A DNA stretch of 64,000 nt from Octopus vulgaris (taxonomy: Eukaryota), in assembly GCA_951406725.2 (NCBI GenBank), contig OX597838.1, positions 5,890,001 to 5,954,000 of the forward strand, read 5' to 3'. The notes beneath the pieces are model-generated. The model did not search any database, was not told the DNA's origin, and saw only the letters and a program-made list of their open reading frames with translations. The stretch's first letter is position 1, and each line of letters starts with the position of its first letter. The position numbers were made by a program, and so were the translations under genes. This document shows positions 13,610-29,072 of this stretch, one piece after another.

Positions 13610-14740
13610 AATATACACATATACATATACGTTTGGAGGAATATGTTATCCGAGCGATTGCTGTATTGGCTCTGAGTTAAGTTTCAGTTAACGGCTAACC
13701 ACTTCGATCACTATTTCATTTCTCTATTTGTTGCTAGTCCCTGAATTCTTCTCATGGGCCATTCTTCGAGAGACTTCAAGTGGATTGAACAACACAATAA
13801 ATTATACAAGTATAGAAACAGGTTTATGCAACTGGGCCAGTAATACTGTATGCTATTTGGACTCAAGATTTTTAACCGTAAATCTGGTCTATATATGCAA
13901 AATTACTTCGTAGGGGAGAGTTTAATCTTATATCGTGGCAGCTCTTTTTCTTTCAAGAAGCGAGTAGGCAATCATTTGAAAATCATTTATAAATAAATAA
14001 TACAAGCCAAAGCAAACTAAGTCGGTCAATTAGAGACAAAAACAGTAGCTATTCTAATGAATGGGAACTAATTAGCACTGCTGAGGCTTATCGCGTGGAG
14101 AGAAAAATAGATGTGACTTGTGTATAGAGGAACTATACCAGACATTTACCTAAACATCGCATTAATTAACACAAGGCACGAACAAGGACGAATATGTTTG
14201 CACAAATACAGTATGGCTTTTATAAGTTATAAATGTATTTGTGATAACGGATAAAAATACATAAATATGAATGGGGGTTATTAAATATGATCAAAATTTA
14301 ATAACCCCCATTAATAAATTAACAAATACTCTTCCCAAAATATAAGGACAATCATGAGAATCTCAACCCAAAAATAATGAATATATGAACAAAATGTATC
14401 TCGTCACGACAGGTACTACACTCAAAATCAAAAAAAATGCACATATAACATTAAAATGATCAATGTGGCTTACGAGAACAATATTCAGGTCCTTGAATAT
14501 TGTATACCCAGTACAAACTTCGGCCAGCGATTAAAATCCATTGGAGGTCAACAGCACATGCCTGTAATTAACAGCCTCCACCTCTCGTAGAATACAAACT
14601 AACAAGAATTTACTTCACTCAACTTCGAGGATAACCAAATGGATTGACCGTAATTAACTTACACCGATAACAAGGGAAGTTTGCATCGGTAACCGTTACT
14701 AGTCAGTACAGTGGAAACACGTGTAGTTCATTATAATATG

Positions 14741-14817
<77 letters not shown>

Positions 14818-14987
14818 AAATAAATTGTAGATGAACAATCCTATATACTCTTTATTATCAATAATTCCATATAAATAAATGAATATATATACATACATTA
14901 TATGCATACATATATATATAATATGTACATGTGTGTGCGTGTATGTACACACACACACACACACACGCACACACAAATATATATATG

Positions 14988-15025
<38 letters not shown>

Positions 15026-15040
15026 AATATATTGAAAATG

Positions 15041-15230
15041 TGACCGCGTGTGCACCGTTGGCGATGTTTTCCTGTCTTCTCTTCCTTGGATCTTTCCTTT
15101 TCCTATGTTTCTGACGAAGAGCTCCCCTCGAAACTTTAACTCCTGCTTCTCTCTTTCCTTTCCTGAGCGTCCAATAACACTATAATTGCTCCACGTCCTC
15201 GCGTTGTTGTGTTTTCATGTTTGGATTAAC
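15041..15230 (+). mobile_element. Hammerhead-ribozyme-containing short element, copy 1 (diverged)
   Basis: Aligns end to end with 43961-44161 and the reverse complement of 21570-21760; CTGACGA...GAAA core at 15111-15133; microsatellite flanks. Confidence 0.8.
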
Positions 15231-16269
15231 TTTATATACAAACATAGTTTGCTTGGAGGGGTTTTACCCAAAGCGTTGTGATTCACACGCAGAAGACAGA
15301 CAGACAGACAGACACACACACACATACAGACAGACAGACAGACAGACATACACACACACACACACACACGCAAATACACGCACACATATATATATATATA
15401 TACTTATATATAGTTCCTCAGAGCTTCTGAGCCCTTGATGAGCACATCGACCTCCTTTAAAAAGAATAATTTGAAACGAAGACTGGAGAGTACACCATTT
15501 CTGACTTCATATGCAATGTCGATAAAGTTAAATACCAATTCAATAATGTTTACTAGCAAACTGTCTCTCTTAATCCTTTGCGAAGATGATCTCAACTTTT
15601 CTATAAAATAATATATGTGCGTTCTGCTGAAGCAGAAAATTTACATTAAGTGTTACGCAAGAAATTTAGGGTGAATAGAGAAAAAGTACAATTAAAATCC
15701 TAATGTTTGTATAATAAAGAAGGACGCCGCATCTCATCGGTTTTATCACCAGTATTCAACACAGGACTGATCTACATACTTACAAATAAATAGCCATATT
15801 ATACATTGAAGGGCCAAAATCACTCTACTATAGGAATTCGATAAGCTACCACTAACATATCAGAAATAGTGCAAAGCAGTTATCTACTTAAATATTCAGG
15901 TATTAATCTCGTTACACGCATTTCATTACTGTGATTAAAGGACGCTTACCCGGTTATTCACATCTTTTGATTTCTCTATATCTACAGTTTCTACACCACT
16001 TATATACACATCCCTTTATCTCTGTACTACTCTATCATTCTCAATGTATTGTTATCTCTGCCATCGAATTCGACATTACCTGTTATACCCCAGCACCAAA
16101 TGTCAGCAACAAAACTAATATCGTTTACGATAAGATTTTTGAAACTTTTCATATAATTTCATATCTTGCCATTTAGTTAACAGCCTATTCTTGCAGTGAG
16201 ATAAACCATATTTATCTGCAAAGAAGCCGTGATCACAGTATACATGCATAGAAACACACACGGGAGTGC

Positions 16270-16465
16270 GATGGAAAGCTCCTGACTTTAAGTAATCGCG
16301 GAAGACTTGTTTAGCGGCTCCACCTTCCAAGTTCCTTTTACAGAGCTTAGAAAAAAAAAGAAGAACCGCCACGAAAAGTCTGTGAAGGTACAAAATGCTA
16401 TACAAAATCATAATTGACTGCGTTTTTAAATTCCAAGTCCAAGAACATTTAAGTACACCCTCGTA
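16270..16465 (+). mobile_element. Mariner-like transposon remnant (3' end/TIR)
   Basis: Ends in CATTTAAGTACACCCTCGTA (reverse complement TACGAGGGTGTACTTAAA), like mariner TACGAGG termini; no intact ORF. Confidence 0.4.
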
Positions 16466-16591
16466 TATACATATATATAAACATTTCTTAAACAAACTGA
16501 AAAATCCAGTAGAGAAAAAATTGATTTGGTTTTTCTCAAACAAGAAAAAACCTCGACAAAGATCAAAAAGCTAATATATATATATATATAA

Positions 16592-16661
<70 letters not shown>

Positions 16662-16663
<2 letters not shown>

Positions 16664-16945
16664 CACCGTGACCGACCAGGATATCAGATGTTACTCCACA
16701 TCGCTGGTTACTATGCGTTTCGCATTATTTTAGCCTTCAAATGACGCCACCTCGCTGGCTACGTAAGCAGGCCAACAGAAGAAAGAGTGAGAGAAAGTTG
16801 TGACGAAATAGTACAGCAGGGATCGCCACCACCCCCTGCCGGCGCCTCTTGGAGCTTTAGGTGTTTTCGCTCGATGAACACACACAACGCTCGGTCTGGG
16901 AATCGAAACCACGAGCCTACAACTGTGAGTCCGCTGCCCTAACCA

Positions 16946-16948
<3 letters not shown>
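16662..16948 (-). mobile_element. tRNA-derived SINE, family C, between (TA)n tracts
   Basis: Minus strand begins CAGTGGTTAGGGCAGCGGACTCAC...GTGGTTTCGATTCCCAGACCG (A-box and B-box-like tRNA head); (TA)n on both sides. Confidence 0.75.
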
Positions 16949-17018
<70 letters not shown>

Positions 17019-17020
17019 TA

Positions 17021-17284
17021 CTTTTCATTAAAGCTTCAAACAGATCACAAAAACAACATAAACAATCTGCGACTCAGAGATTCAAGGTCCTGTTCTTCGG
17101 ACAGTTTTCATTGATTCTAAATCAAGAGTGTCTGATTAACGGGAACGTGAAAAACTGAGTAGCATTTGTTTTGTGAAAACATTGTGATGTTTCCGCAGCT
17201 TTAATAATAAAGTATATTACTCTACCTCCGGTATTCGAGTACTATTGTTTTCCACCTTGTTTCATATTTTTGTACTTAATCTCG
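17021..17284 (+). mobile_element. Probable PLE terminal (pseudo-LTR) fragment with degenerate hammerhead
   Basis: GAGTGT-CTGATTA-ACG GGAA CGT-GAAA...GTA-GCATTT at 17126-17167; AATAAA followed by TTACTCT...GTATTCGAGTAC resembles 39839-39874; TA-rich flanks. Confidence 0.5.
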
Positions 17285-17894
17285 TGTATATATATACGTA
17301 TTAATACAGAGAGTATACGCACAGGAGGGTATATAAGCAGGTTGTTATGTAAATATGTATGCACAATATGCGAATAGACAGAAACACATTGAATTTCATA
17401 TGTGTGACATTAATTATTACCGAGACTGCTCTTATGCTTCGGTTATAGGAAACCAAATTCTTAAAGATGTTGGTGATGTGTTTATAATGAATATTCCTCA
17501 ATTCCTTCTCAGGAATCACTAGTAGCATTAGCTTGTTAATAACACAGTTGAATGCAATAAAGTTACTGCAATTTTCCATTTGATTGATGAGTGAGAAATC
17601 GCGATCGTTTGAAACCCCGAGGAGTCACACATGAATATATTGATTTTCAGCTCTGAATATTCTAGCTTTGCTCTGAGAACCTCCCATCAGTTCGGAACTT
17701 GCAATATGTATGGCTGTTTTTCATTGTTATCCTCTTTATAACATAACACCAAGGTACAAAACAGATAAAAGACACGTTGCTAAGCGACGGCCAACTGAAC
17801 TTGTAAATTCTTATTCATTAAACAGTGACTAGATAGCTTTATTGCTCTCGAATCAAGCATTCGCTGTTTCTTTTTGGTTTTTCTCTTACATATT

Positions 17895-17935
<41 letters not shown>

Positions 17936-18053
17936 TAATATATATATATGTTTATCTATTTATTCACACGTATATATAAACATATACATATATTTATTTA
18001 TATAAACGTAAGTAAATATGTATATGTATATATATATATATATATATATGAAT

Positions 18054-18099
<46 letters not shown>

Positions 18100-19063
18100 T
18101 ATTGTATATATATATATGAATATACATATATAGATGAAAAATATATATATATATATGAATATATATATATATATACATACGTTTATATAAATAAGATATG
18201 TATATGTTTATATATATAGCTATATATGTGTGTGTCTGTGTGCGTGTGTGTGAATGTGTGCACGTATGGGTGTATGCATTTATGCATGTATGTAAATATT
18301 AAACGAATCTTCATGCATTCGAACTGGTGGCCCCTATCGGATAGTTAACGAGTCGGTGGTTTATGTCGGTAGTCCACGTTATACAAGTATTTTTTTCTTC
18401 TGCTTGGCGCCATGAAATTATTGAATGCAAACAGAGAGGACAAAGATATTCGCACCACTGTCTCTATTGGAAGCATATTATGCGATGAAGAGAGACATAT
18501 TCTTCAAAGAGACCCCGACATATTATATAACAGAATAATATAAACAAGCTTCGATTAAAAGGAATAAAGAGCAATAGAAATATACTATAAATTACAGATT
18601 GGGTTTTCATGTATCGTGAATAACCGGGAGAAGAATGCGATGTAATATGCTGTAGGGCGTAGGTCACTTCACTGTTTTTCCTTGTAATCTTTTGGCGACA
18701 GATATAATTGCATAGTGTATGGAGATGATGAAATATTCATAGCTACAATTATTGTTGATGTACTTGATTTTTAAAATTTAAGGTGGCCGGGTTCACATTA
18801 ACAACACTCATAATACAAATATGAAATAATATAGCCTCTCTACGTCATTCAATATGGCGCTTGAAGATATATCGGCGTTGAACACACCAACTTAAATACC
18901 ACTTCATGGACTAAATCATCGATCATCGTATTGTGCGCAATCGGGGTTTCATTGACACAGAGGGCATATTTAGGTATTGGTATTCGTAAAAGATAGCATG
19001 AATTCATATTTAAATAAGCCTACCGACAAGTGATTATTTTTAATCCAGATCAAAATGAAATGT

Positions 19064-20521
<1,458 letters not shown>

Positions 20522-20619
20522 AACACATGAGGAATCCACTCGTACGATTCAGCACGCTAGAAAGAACCTAGCTGCTCTTTCTAGCATGTTGAATCCTAGG
20601 AGTGGATTCCTTATGTGTT
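20522..20619. repeat. ~44 bp-arm imperfect hairpin
   Basis: AACACATGAGGAATCCACTC...GCTAGAAAGA / TCTTTCTAGC...GAGTGGATTCCTTATGTGTT. Confidence 0.85.
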
Positions 20620-20860
20620 ACGACTAATTCATAGTCTCTGGACTAACGTTTTACACGTTAGGCCACTGGAAATGAACATTTTAGTTCATTTCCATTTCCC
20701 TTTTATATGATTATATATATATATATATAGTGTTTAATGCAAACTGTATTTTACGACTAATTCATAGTCTCTGGACTAACGTTTTACACGTTAGGCCACT
20801 GGAAATGAACATTTTAGTTCATTTCCATTTCCCTTTTATATGATTATATATATATATATA
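20618..20860. repeat. Near-identical ~110 bp direct duplication
   Basis: TTACGACTAATTCATAGTCTCTGG...TTTTATATGATTATATA at 20618-20729 and 20751-20860. Confidence 0.9.
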
Positions 20861-21527
20861 TTTAAGGATTTAAGGATTGTCTTTAAGATAATGTAAGGTG
20901 TATAGGTGTATGGTGTCTAAGAATTGTGTTAGGGGCAGCTGAGAAGATTAGAGAGACGATGAGGCGTTAGAGGAAGATAAGGTGAAAGGATAGAGCAAAA
21001 TGTAAGGGATTTAAAGTGAGTAGTAGTGAATGTTTCTGTCCGTTCTGGCTAAGGTCAGCGGCTGTAGAGATATTTTTAGCAATGGGGTTATGAATGTGTA
21101 TGCAGTAGAGAATGGAGGAACTAGTTAAATGTTAAATTATTTATAAATGGAAGTTGGGATTACAAGGGATTTATATTAAGGTATAAAAATTAATTAAGAA
21201 TAAATTAAAGAATTAATATTTATCGCATAGAGTGATGAGTTAAGATAGATAGAAGAGGTGTAAGATATACGGTAGAAATAAAAGCTATAGAAATATTGGA
21301 GATATAGAAGAGATATAGAGGGGTATACGTTAAAGATCGTAGGGTTTCTATGCGACACTATTCGTGCGGTGGGGCTGAACTTACATTTATGTTTATGAAA
21401 GAATTTAAAAGTTCAGAAGAATATGTGCTTACACATAGCGAAGGAAGAGTTGTATTTATTAAGCAATCATGATGAGTTGCGGGTTAACATTTTGAGGGCC
21501 TCTTTTAAGCAGAATCCACAACTGGCC
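20861..21527 (-). mobile_element. 5'-truncated Penelope-like (Naiad-type) element: endonuclease C-terminus plus pyrimidine-rich 3' UTR
   Basis: Minus strand from 21526 reads ASCGFCLKEALKMLTRNSS*LLNKYNSSFAMCKH, aligning with CCDLCISESLEILFAKGPLLNKFSEHSPNCMH of the element ending at 36869. Confidence 0.65.
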
Positions 21528-21558
<31 letters not shown>

Positions 21559-21569
21559 GGAGAGAGATA

Positions 21570-21760
21570 GTTAATCCAAACAAGAAAGCACTAAAAAACA
21601 CAACAACGCGTGTACGTGGAACAAATATAGTATTATTAGACGCTCAGGAAAGAAGGAAAGAAAGAGGGTTTAACGTTTCGAGCGGAGCTCCTCGTCGGAA
21701 ACAGAGGAGAAGGAAAGATCCAGAGAAGGGAAGACAGAGGAAAAAATCGGTACACACGCG
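21570..21760 (-). mobile_element. Hammerhead-ribozyme-containing short element, copy 2
   Basis: Reverse complement of 43961-44161; GTTT-CCGACGA-G-GAGC TCC GCTC-GAAA-CGTT-AAAC at 21668-21702 (U4C core change). Confidence 0.8.
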
Positions 21761-22422
21761 ATGATGTATATATATATATATATATGCACGCATACACACA
21801 CATCTATGTATATGTATGTATATATATATATGTATAAATGCGTGTGTGTCTTTCTATGTGTGTGTATGCATGGGTGCGTGTACATGCAATTTTACACACT
21901 AATATATCATACAATCGTAAATGTGATATGAATCTAGAAATAAGAGTGCCACTTGCTTTAGAATGTTAACTGCAATCTTGAACTTACCGTGTAACGATGC
22001 TAAACTAAATATGAAAAGGGAACTATAAAAATAATAACAAAATATACATAAAACTGCAAGAAAAAGATATAAACAACAAATATTTGTTGCGGCGTTTTCC
22101 AAAAGTACTTCAGTGTCGAAAACGGCATTACACCATCGTATTCCTTCAACTTGCCATTTCTAATAGTATAGAAGAAACAGAAGAAAAATGCTGAAAATTT
22201 TATTAACAAAATCGATATTTGTAACCGCACATAGTCTTATGTATCACATTGATAATCCCAAAATGTTTTCATAGTAATATCTGCATTTACACACAACCGT
22301 AGATACACACACACACACACACAGCTACACGTGTTGAAGTAGTTTCAGTAGTATGTATTCATATGTATTCAATATATGCTTCTCGTTAACTGCTTTCTCT
22401 CCTCTCTCTCCTTTTCTCTCAT

Positions 22423-22720
<298 letters not shown>

Positions 22721-23970
22721 ATATATACACATACATACACTAAATAACTATATTTATAATTACACACACACACACACATATATATATGTATATATATACA
22801 CTTACATACACTAAATAACTATATTTATAATTACATATATATATATATATATATTTACATGTACATACACTAAATATCTATATTTATAATTGCATATATA
22901 TATATATACATATACACGCATATGTGTATACACACACACATACACACATATATACACCTCTTCCATGTACGCGGTTATCCAGTATCCTGAAAGCGAAGTG
23001 TGCGTAAATTTACACACAGAGTTACCTTCGGCATATAAATTTATAAAAGGCAATCTATGTAGAATTTAAAAAAAATATTCTTTTATATAGAATCGAGATG
23101 AAATTTAGAAAATAATTCAAATATATTCATTCTATGTGAAAAATCAAATACATAAATAAATTTATTCAGTAGGGTCCTATGTCAATTTTATGATATGAAT
23201 AAATATTTCGACTATGAAATATTTAATAAAGCTGAATTTGCAAATTGTCCTTTGATTCTGAGCGTCGAATTTCCATGTATATAGATTTTTCATAGCGGAA
23301 AATTGTCCATGAGATTTACAGGACAGATATATACTCTCTTTTATATTTCAGCAGTGTAAAATCAGTAGCGTTGTTGGGCCTTATAAAATTGCCAAAAACA
23401 AAATTAAATAAGACTTTTTTAACTACATATCCATCGATTTTTGATGAAGGTGTGATAGATTATATATAATTTCATAAGGACTATTTATATTAGAACAGTG
23501 ATCATATTTAGATGTAACATAAATTAACAGATATATACGCATGTATATATGTATATATGGTCCAAATTTTGGGAAGGAAACAGGAGAATGTGCAGTAGGG
23601 ACGTTCTTTTAACTAACCGAAACCCATTTGGCAATTGTTATACAATGAGATCTACACATCATGTCTATTCATCAAGTTCCGATTACATTAATGGAATTTA
23701 ATTTGTCTCCCTGGAATTGTTTGTAGTCAGCCTCAAATAATGTCGAAAGGAAAGCGGTGGTAAAACATAACAAAACAAGCAAAATATATGTGGAATGTAC
23801 GCAAACCACTGAGCGGAGGGGCAAATGGTGAAACCCAAAATTTCTTCATGGCTTTGTAAGATGAACTCGCTATGCGAATAACTTATAATGTTTATCTTTT
23901 CCTATAATAACTAAATATTCTGCTTCCGCTGAACCAGCCGCTTATTGCTTGCAGAGTTACAAACATTCTG

Positions 23971-24013
23971 CACTAGTATCCACTAGTATCCACTAGTATC
24001 CACTAGTATCCAC
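23971..24013. repeat. (CACTAGTATC)4 minisatellite
   Basis: Four exact 10-mers plus CAC. Confidence 0.95.
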
Positions 24014-24134
24014 GGAAAGCATTTATATATATATTTATATATGTGTGTGTGTATATGTGTGTACATATATATATTTAGTGTGTGTGTGTTTGTATATATA
24101 TATACAGCTATTTCTATTTATTTCTCTCTTTGTC

Positions 24135-24201
<67 letters not shown>

Positions 24202-24590
24202 ACTTGTATTATGCAGATATTAGAAATTCTGCGTTGATTCATGTATCCTCATGCATGCATATGCACACACACTGTTTTCCATATAAATTCTATATTTTCT
24301 TTCTTAATTTTCTTTCTCCCTCCATCTTTCTTTCTCTCTCTCCGTTTCTCTGCATTTTACGACTTTTTTTCTCATCTCATGGGACAAATGTCGACGCTTT
24401 CTGCTGGGGGCGTTATAAAACCGACATTATTCACAAGACAGCTGAAACCCCTCACAAAATTTTGTACAAAAAAATAGGAAAGGACAAATAACTATATTGA
24501 TCATACATGGCAACAAATGGATTATTAAATTGAAAAGAAACTTAGAGCAATACATAAGCATATATTGAATATAAATCACCTGAAAAATGT

Positions 24591-24591
<1 letters not shown>

Positions 24592-24627
<36 letters not shown>

Positions 24628-24628
24628 G

Positions 24629-24670
<42 letters not shown>

Positions 24671-24690
24671 ATAATAATAGTAATAATAAT

Positions 24691-24727
<37 letters not shown>

Positions 24728-24780
24728 GTAATAATAATAATAATAATAATAATAATATTAATAATAATAATAATTGTAAT
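24592..24780. repeat. (ACT)n(AAT)n trinucleotide repeat
   Basis: Direct reading. Confidence 0.95.
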
Positions 24781-25047
24781 TTCTACAAAAAGAGCAAGGT
24801 CACACATTTTTGGGGAGGTGTTAAGTTAGCTTCGAGCGTGTTTATGGACCGCTGTGAGAATTTGATGTTGCTCAAAGGACTACGAAAGCAGAATTATGCG
24901 GAGGGATAAACGTGTATATGCTGTCAGGCCCCGCTGCTTTGATTGGAGAATGGAACATTTCTCACCTCTTTCAGCTAGGAAATGATTAGAATGTCTGGTG
25001 TGTATCTTGTTTTGGTTAATCCGTCATAAGGAATGAGGAATATGCGT

Positions 25048-25139
<92 letters not shown>

Positions 25140-25242
25140 TAAAAATGGGGAAAGCTTGTTTACGGGGTTCCCCATTTTTAATATATACTGCTGTACATGT
25201 TAGAGTGTGCTTCTTCTTTCGGATTCATGTTTTCTCTACAAA

Positions 25243-25285
<43 letters not shown>

Positions 25286-25770
25286 CGTATACACATATGT
25301 AAGCATGTATATATATATATATACATATACAGTAAGAGGTGTATAGATATATACATGTATAGATGCACATATATACATAAATTCATATTTACATGCATAC
25401 TTACTTGTACAGTGGACATATAGGAACTTATGTCTGTATGTGTAATATTTGTTATAAGATCTAAGAAGTTTACGCTACTTCTTGAAATACTTGTTTTTTT
25501 CGAGACCACTTAAATATATAACCATATATGTCCATAAATATATCAGTATATGATTAGTAATTATTTCATTGTGATTTAAATCACCAGTGGAATACCAATA
25601 AAAACTACTTTGTTCATTATTTATATTAAATTGCAAGCTAGGGAGATATAAAATGTTTATTTATGTACATGCAGAAAACAAAAACTTTATATTTTCAACA
25701 TAGTATGTATAACACGAATAAGGACATGAACAGGCTATGTTTCTAGGACGTAATATAGGATACTCTTTGA

Positions 25771-26168
25771 CTCTTTTACTTGTTTCAGTCATGTGATTCT
25801 GGCCATGCTGGAGCACCGCCTTTAGTCGATCAAATCGACCCCAGGACTTGTTCTTTGTAAGCCTAGTACTTATCTTATCGGTATCTTTTTTGCCGAACCG
25901 CTAAGTTACGGGGTCGTAAACACACCAGCATCGGTTGTCAAGCGATGTTGGGGGGACAAACACAGACACACAAACACGCACATACATATATATATATACA
26001 TATATATGAATGGCTTTTTTCAGTTTCCGTCTACCAAATCCACTCACAAGGCTTTGGTCGGCCCGAGGCTATAGTAGAAGACACTTACCAAAGGTGACAC
26101 GCAGTGGGACTGAACCCGGAACGATGTGGTTCGTAAGGAAGCTACTTACCACACAGTCACTCCTACGC
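25771..26168 (-). mobile_element. Family A SINE, full length
   Basis: Reverse complement of 1805-2202 and 48134-48514. Confidence 0.9.
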
Positions 26169-26701
26169 TAATCCCGAGGAAAAAATTGCATTTGACTACA
26201 TCTGAAAACGTGATTATTTGCTTAAGATAATAATAGTGAGATGCTAGAAGGAAAAGTATATAAAAGCTAATACCACACTCAAGAGCGTTACTATCACCAA
26301 TGCAAATATGGCCGTATTTCATTTATTTTCTTTTCTTTAGTGTCAACTTAAAAATATATTTCTATATGTCAAACAGTGGTATGTCCATTATATTCCAAAT
26401 AACGTACACTTCTGAAATAGGCTAGAAAATTCTTAATATATAGCGCAGGAAATGACTGCATGCATTCACCAGTTCTATTTCATTTTTTCCAACAGTGTAA
26501 ATTTCTGCAGTAAATTATAATATATCCCCAAAGAATCTAAATCACAGCAAGTGGCCATCTTAATGCAAGAAAGCGCATGTTCTATAACATAACAATCTAT
26601 TGCTAATACTATTACCGTCGTACCTCCGGAGGTATTTAGTGAAGGGAGAGAAATGATAAGTCACATTTCTCAAAGGAAGAATTTATTTATGTACTTTTTT
26701 A

Positions 26702-27066
26702 CTCTTTTACTCTTTTCAGTCATTTGACTGTGGCCATGCTGGAGAATCACCTTTAGTTGAGCAAATCAACCCCCAGGACATATTCTTTGTAAGCCTAGCA
26801 CTTATTCTATCGGACACTTTTGCCGGACCACTAAGTTACAGGGACGTAAACACACCAGCATCGGTGGACAAACACAGACACACAAACATACATATATATA
26901 TACGACGGGTTTCTTCCAGTATCTGTCTACCAAATCCACTCACAAGGCTTTGGTCGGCCTGAGGCTATAGTAGAAGACACTTGCCCAAGGTGCCACACAG
27001 TGGGACTGAACCCAGTATCATCATGTGGTTGTAAGCAAGCTACTTACCACACAGCCACTCCTGCGG
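26702..27066 (-). mobile_element. Family A SINE, near full length
   Basis: Same head and tail as 25771-26168, with a small internal deletion. Confidence 0.9.
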
Positions 27067-27752
27067 CTAGTTCAACGATCTTTTTGGAGTAGATTTTAAA
27101 TCATCCCTACTTAACGTTTCTTTTTCCATCAAGCCTAAAAGAAGAAGTTAGCTAATAACGTGTTACAAAAATACACCGACAGGAACGCAATTTTGAAATA
27201 AGCATAGAAAACGGAACGTAGCATCGTCACACATTTAAATATAACAGTTAATATAATCGTATACAAAGGAACAACTGTAGCTGTCTTTGATTAGGTTTGC
27301 TTTAGGGATTATTGAGACATAAATAGTTTACGAATAAATAGTTATTCATACGTTTTGTGGAACTTAAGCCAAAAGATTAATCAATTAAATTATAAGAGGT
27401 AATAGAGTATAAAACTTTTTGTAGTAGTGTCATTCATTCATTCATTAATTAGGAAACTCTTTTTAACAGAGGATAACTCTCCCATACATAAGCTTGATTT
27501 ATACATATAACAAAGAAGAATTCTTCATACGTTCTTTGCGGGCCAATATTCCGTGAAAGACAATTACTGCTTTACCTTAATCTAAAATATACGTTTTGTA
27601 AATGAGTCTACTAAGGTTACATACCTTTAGACAGTAACTAAAATCGGTAGGCACAGTTTATTAAATCATATTTCATCGTGATATTATATCATGATAGCGT
27701 ATATAACTTATGTTTCTTTTCATAAAAACTCACTCTCAAACACACACAAAAA

Positions 27753-28224
27753 CAAAGTCGACCGTGGCATAATTTGATCTGAGAGCGTGAAGACGGACAA
27801 CATACCTATTTCTTTACTACCCAAAAGGGGCTAAACAAAGAGGGGACAAACAAGGACAGACAAACAGATTAAGTCGATTACGTCGACCCCAGTGCGTAAC
27901 TGTTACTTAATTTATCGACCTCGAAAGGATGAAAGGCAAAGTCGACCTCGGTGGGTGTTGAACTCACAACGTAATGGCAGACGAAATACATATTTCTTTA
28001 CTACCCACAAGGGGCTAAACACAGAGAGGACAAACAAGGACTGACAAACAGATTAAGTCGATTACATCAACCCTAGTGCGTAACTGGTCCTTAATTTATC
28101 GACCTCGAAAGGATGAAAGGCAAAGTCGACCTCGGCGGAATTTGAACTCAGAACGTAACACGCAGACGAAATGCGGCTACGCATTTCACCCGGCGTGCTA
28201 ACGCTTCTGCCAGCTTGCCGCCTT
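27753..28224 (-). mobile_element. Family B SINE, tandem multimer (full unit + 184 bp second unit + partial third)
   Basis: Head AAGGCGGCAAGCTGGCAGAAGCGTTAGCACGCCGGG...GAGTTCAAATTCCGCC; TATTTCTTTACTACCC recurs at 27807 and 27991. Confidence 0.9.
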
Positions 28225-28651
28225 AACAACAACAACAATATAAGTAATAATACTTTTGTATTTACTGTAGGTGATTTATAATGGTATTGTATTAATTATA
28301 ATGAAATTGTTGTAAGATATATAATGCTACAATTGCAGTTTTGTCATATCTGCAACTTATTCTTTTACTAGCTATATGCTTTTTTGTTGTTGTGGTTTCA
28401 TTTTTGTTTTTCTGTTAGTTGCTCATGCTGGGGTTTCCTACATGTATTTCCAGCATGGTTTTGTCGATTTACCGTACGGACTGTCAAAAACAGGAAAAAC
28501 CAATTTAATCACATGATGCACACTTCATCATGTCACGACAATAAAGTATATATAAAGAAAGAAAAAAAAAACAAACAAACAGAAAGAAACTCAATAATAA
28601 AATTAATAATAGTAGTATTAATAACATTAATAAAACTACCACTACCACCAC

Positions 28652-28729
28652 CAATAATAATAGTAATAATAATAATAATAATAATAATAGTAATAATAGT
28701 AATAGTAATGATAATAATGATGATAATAA

Positions 28730-28794
<65 letters not shown>

Positions 28795-28834
28795 GTAATA
28801 ATAGTAATAGTAATGATAATAATAATGATAATAA

Positions 28835-28875
<41 letters not shown>

Positions 28876-28908
28876 GTAATAATAGTAATAGTAATGATAA
28901 TAATAATG

Positions 28909-28951
<43 letters not shown>

Positions 28952-29005
28952 TAATAATAATAATAGTAATAATAGTAATAGTAATGATAATAATAATGAT
29001 AATAA

Positions 29006-29072
<67 letters not shown>

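Noticed and set aside
14690-14730. GAAACACGTGTA, resembling a palindromic hammerhead stem III next to (TA)n
   Set aside because: No CUGANGA core upstream.
16115-16543. 142 aa minus-strand ORF
   Set aside because: No recognisable domain; overlaps the antisense of a mariner-like remnant.
16860-16948. tRNA-like sequences at SINE heads (also 1805-1875 and 28130-28224)
   Set aside because: No complete cloverleaf, and each continues into a SINE body.
27753-28224. Regularly spaced repeats that could suggest a CRISPR-like array
   Set aside because: Whole ~184 bp units are repeated with no unique spacers; it is a tandem SINE in eukaryotic DNA.
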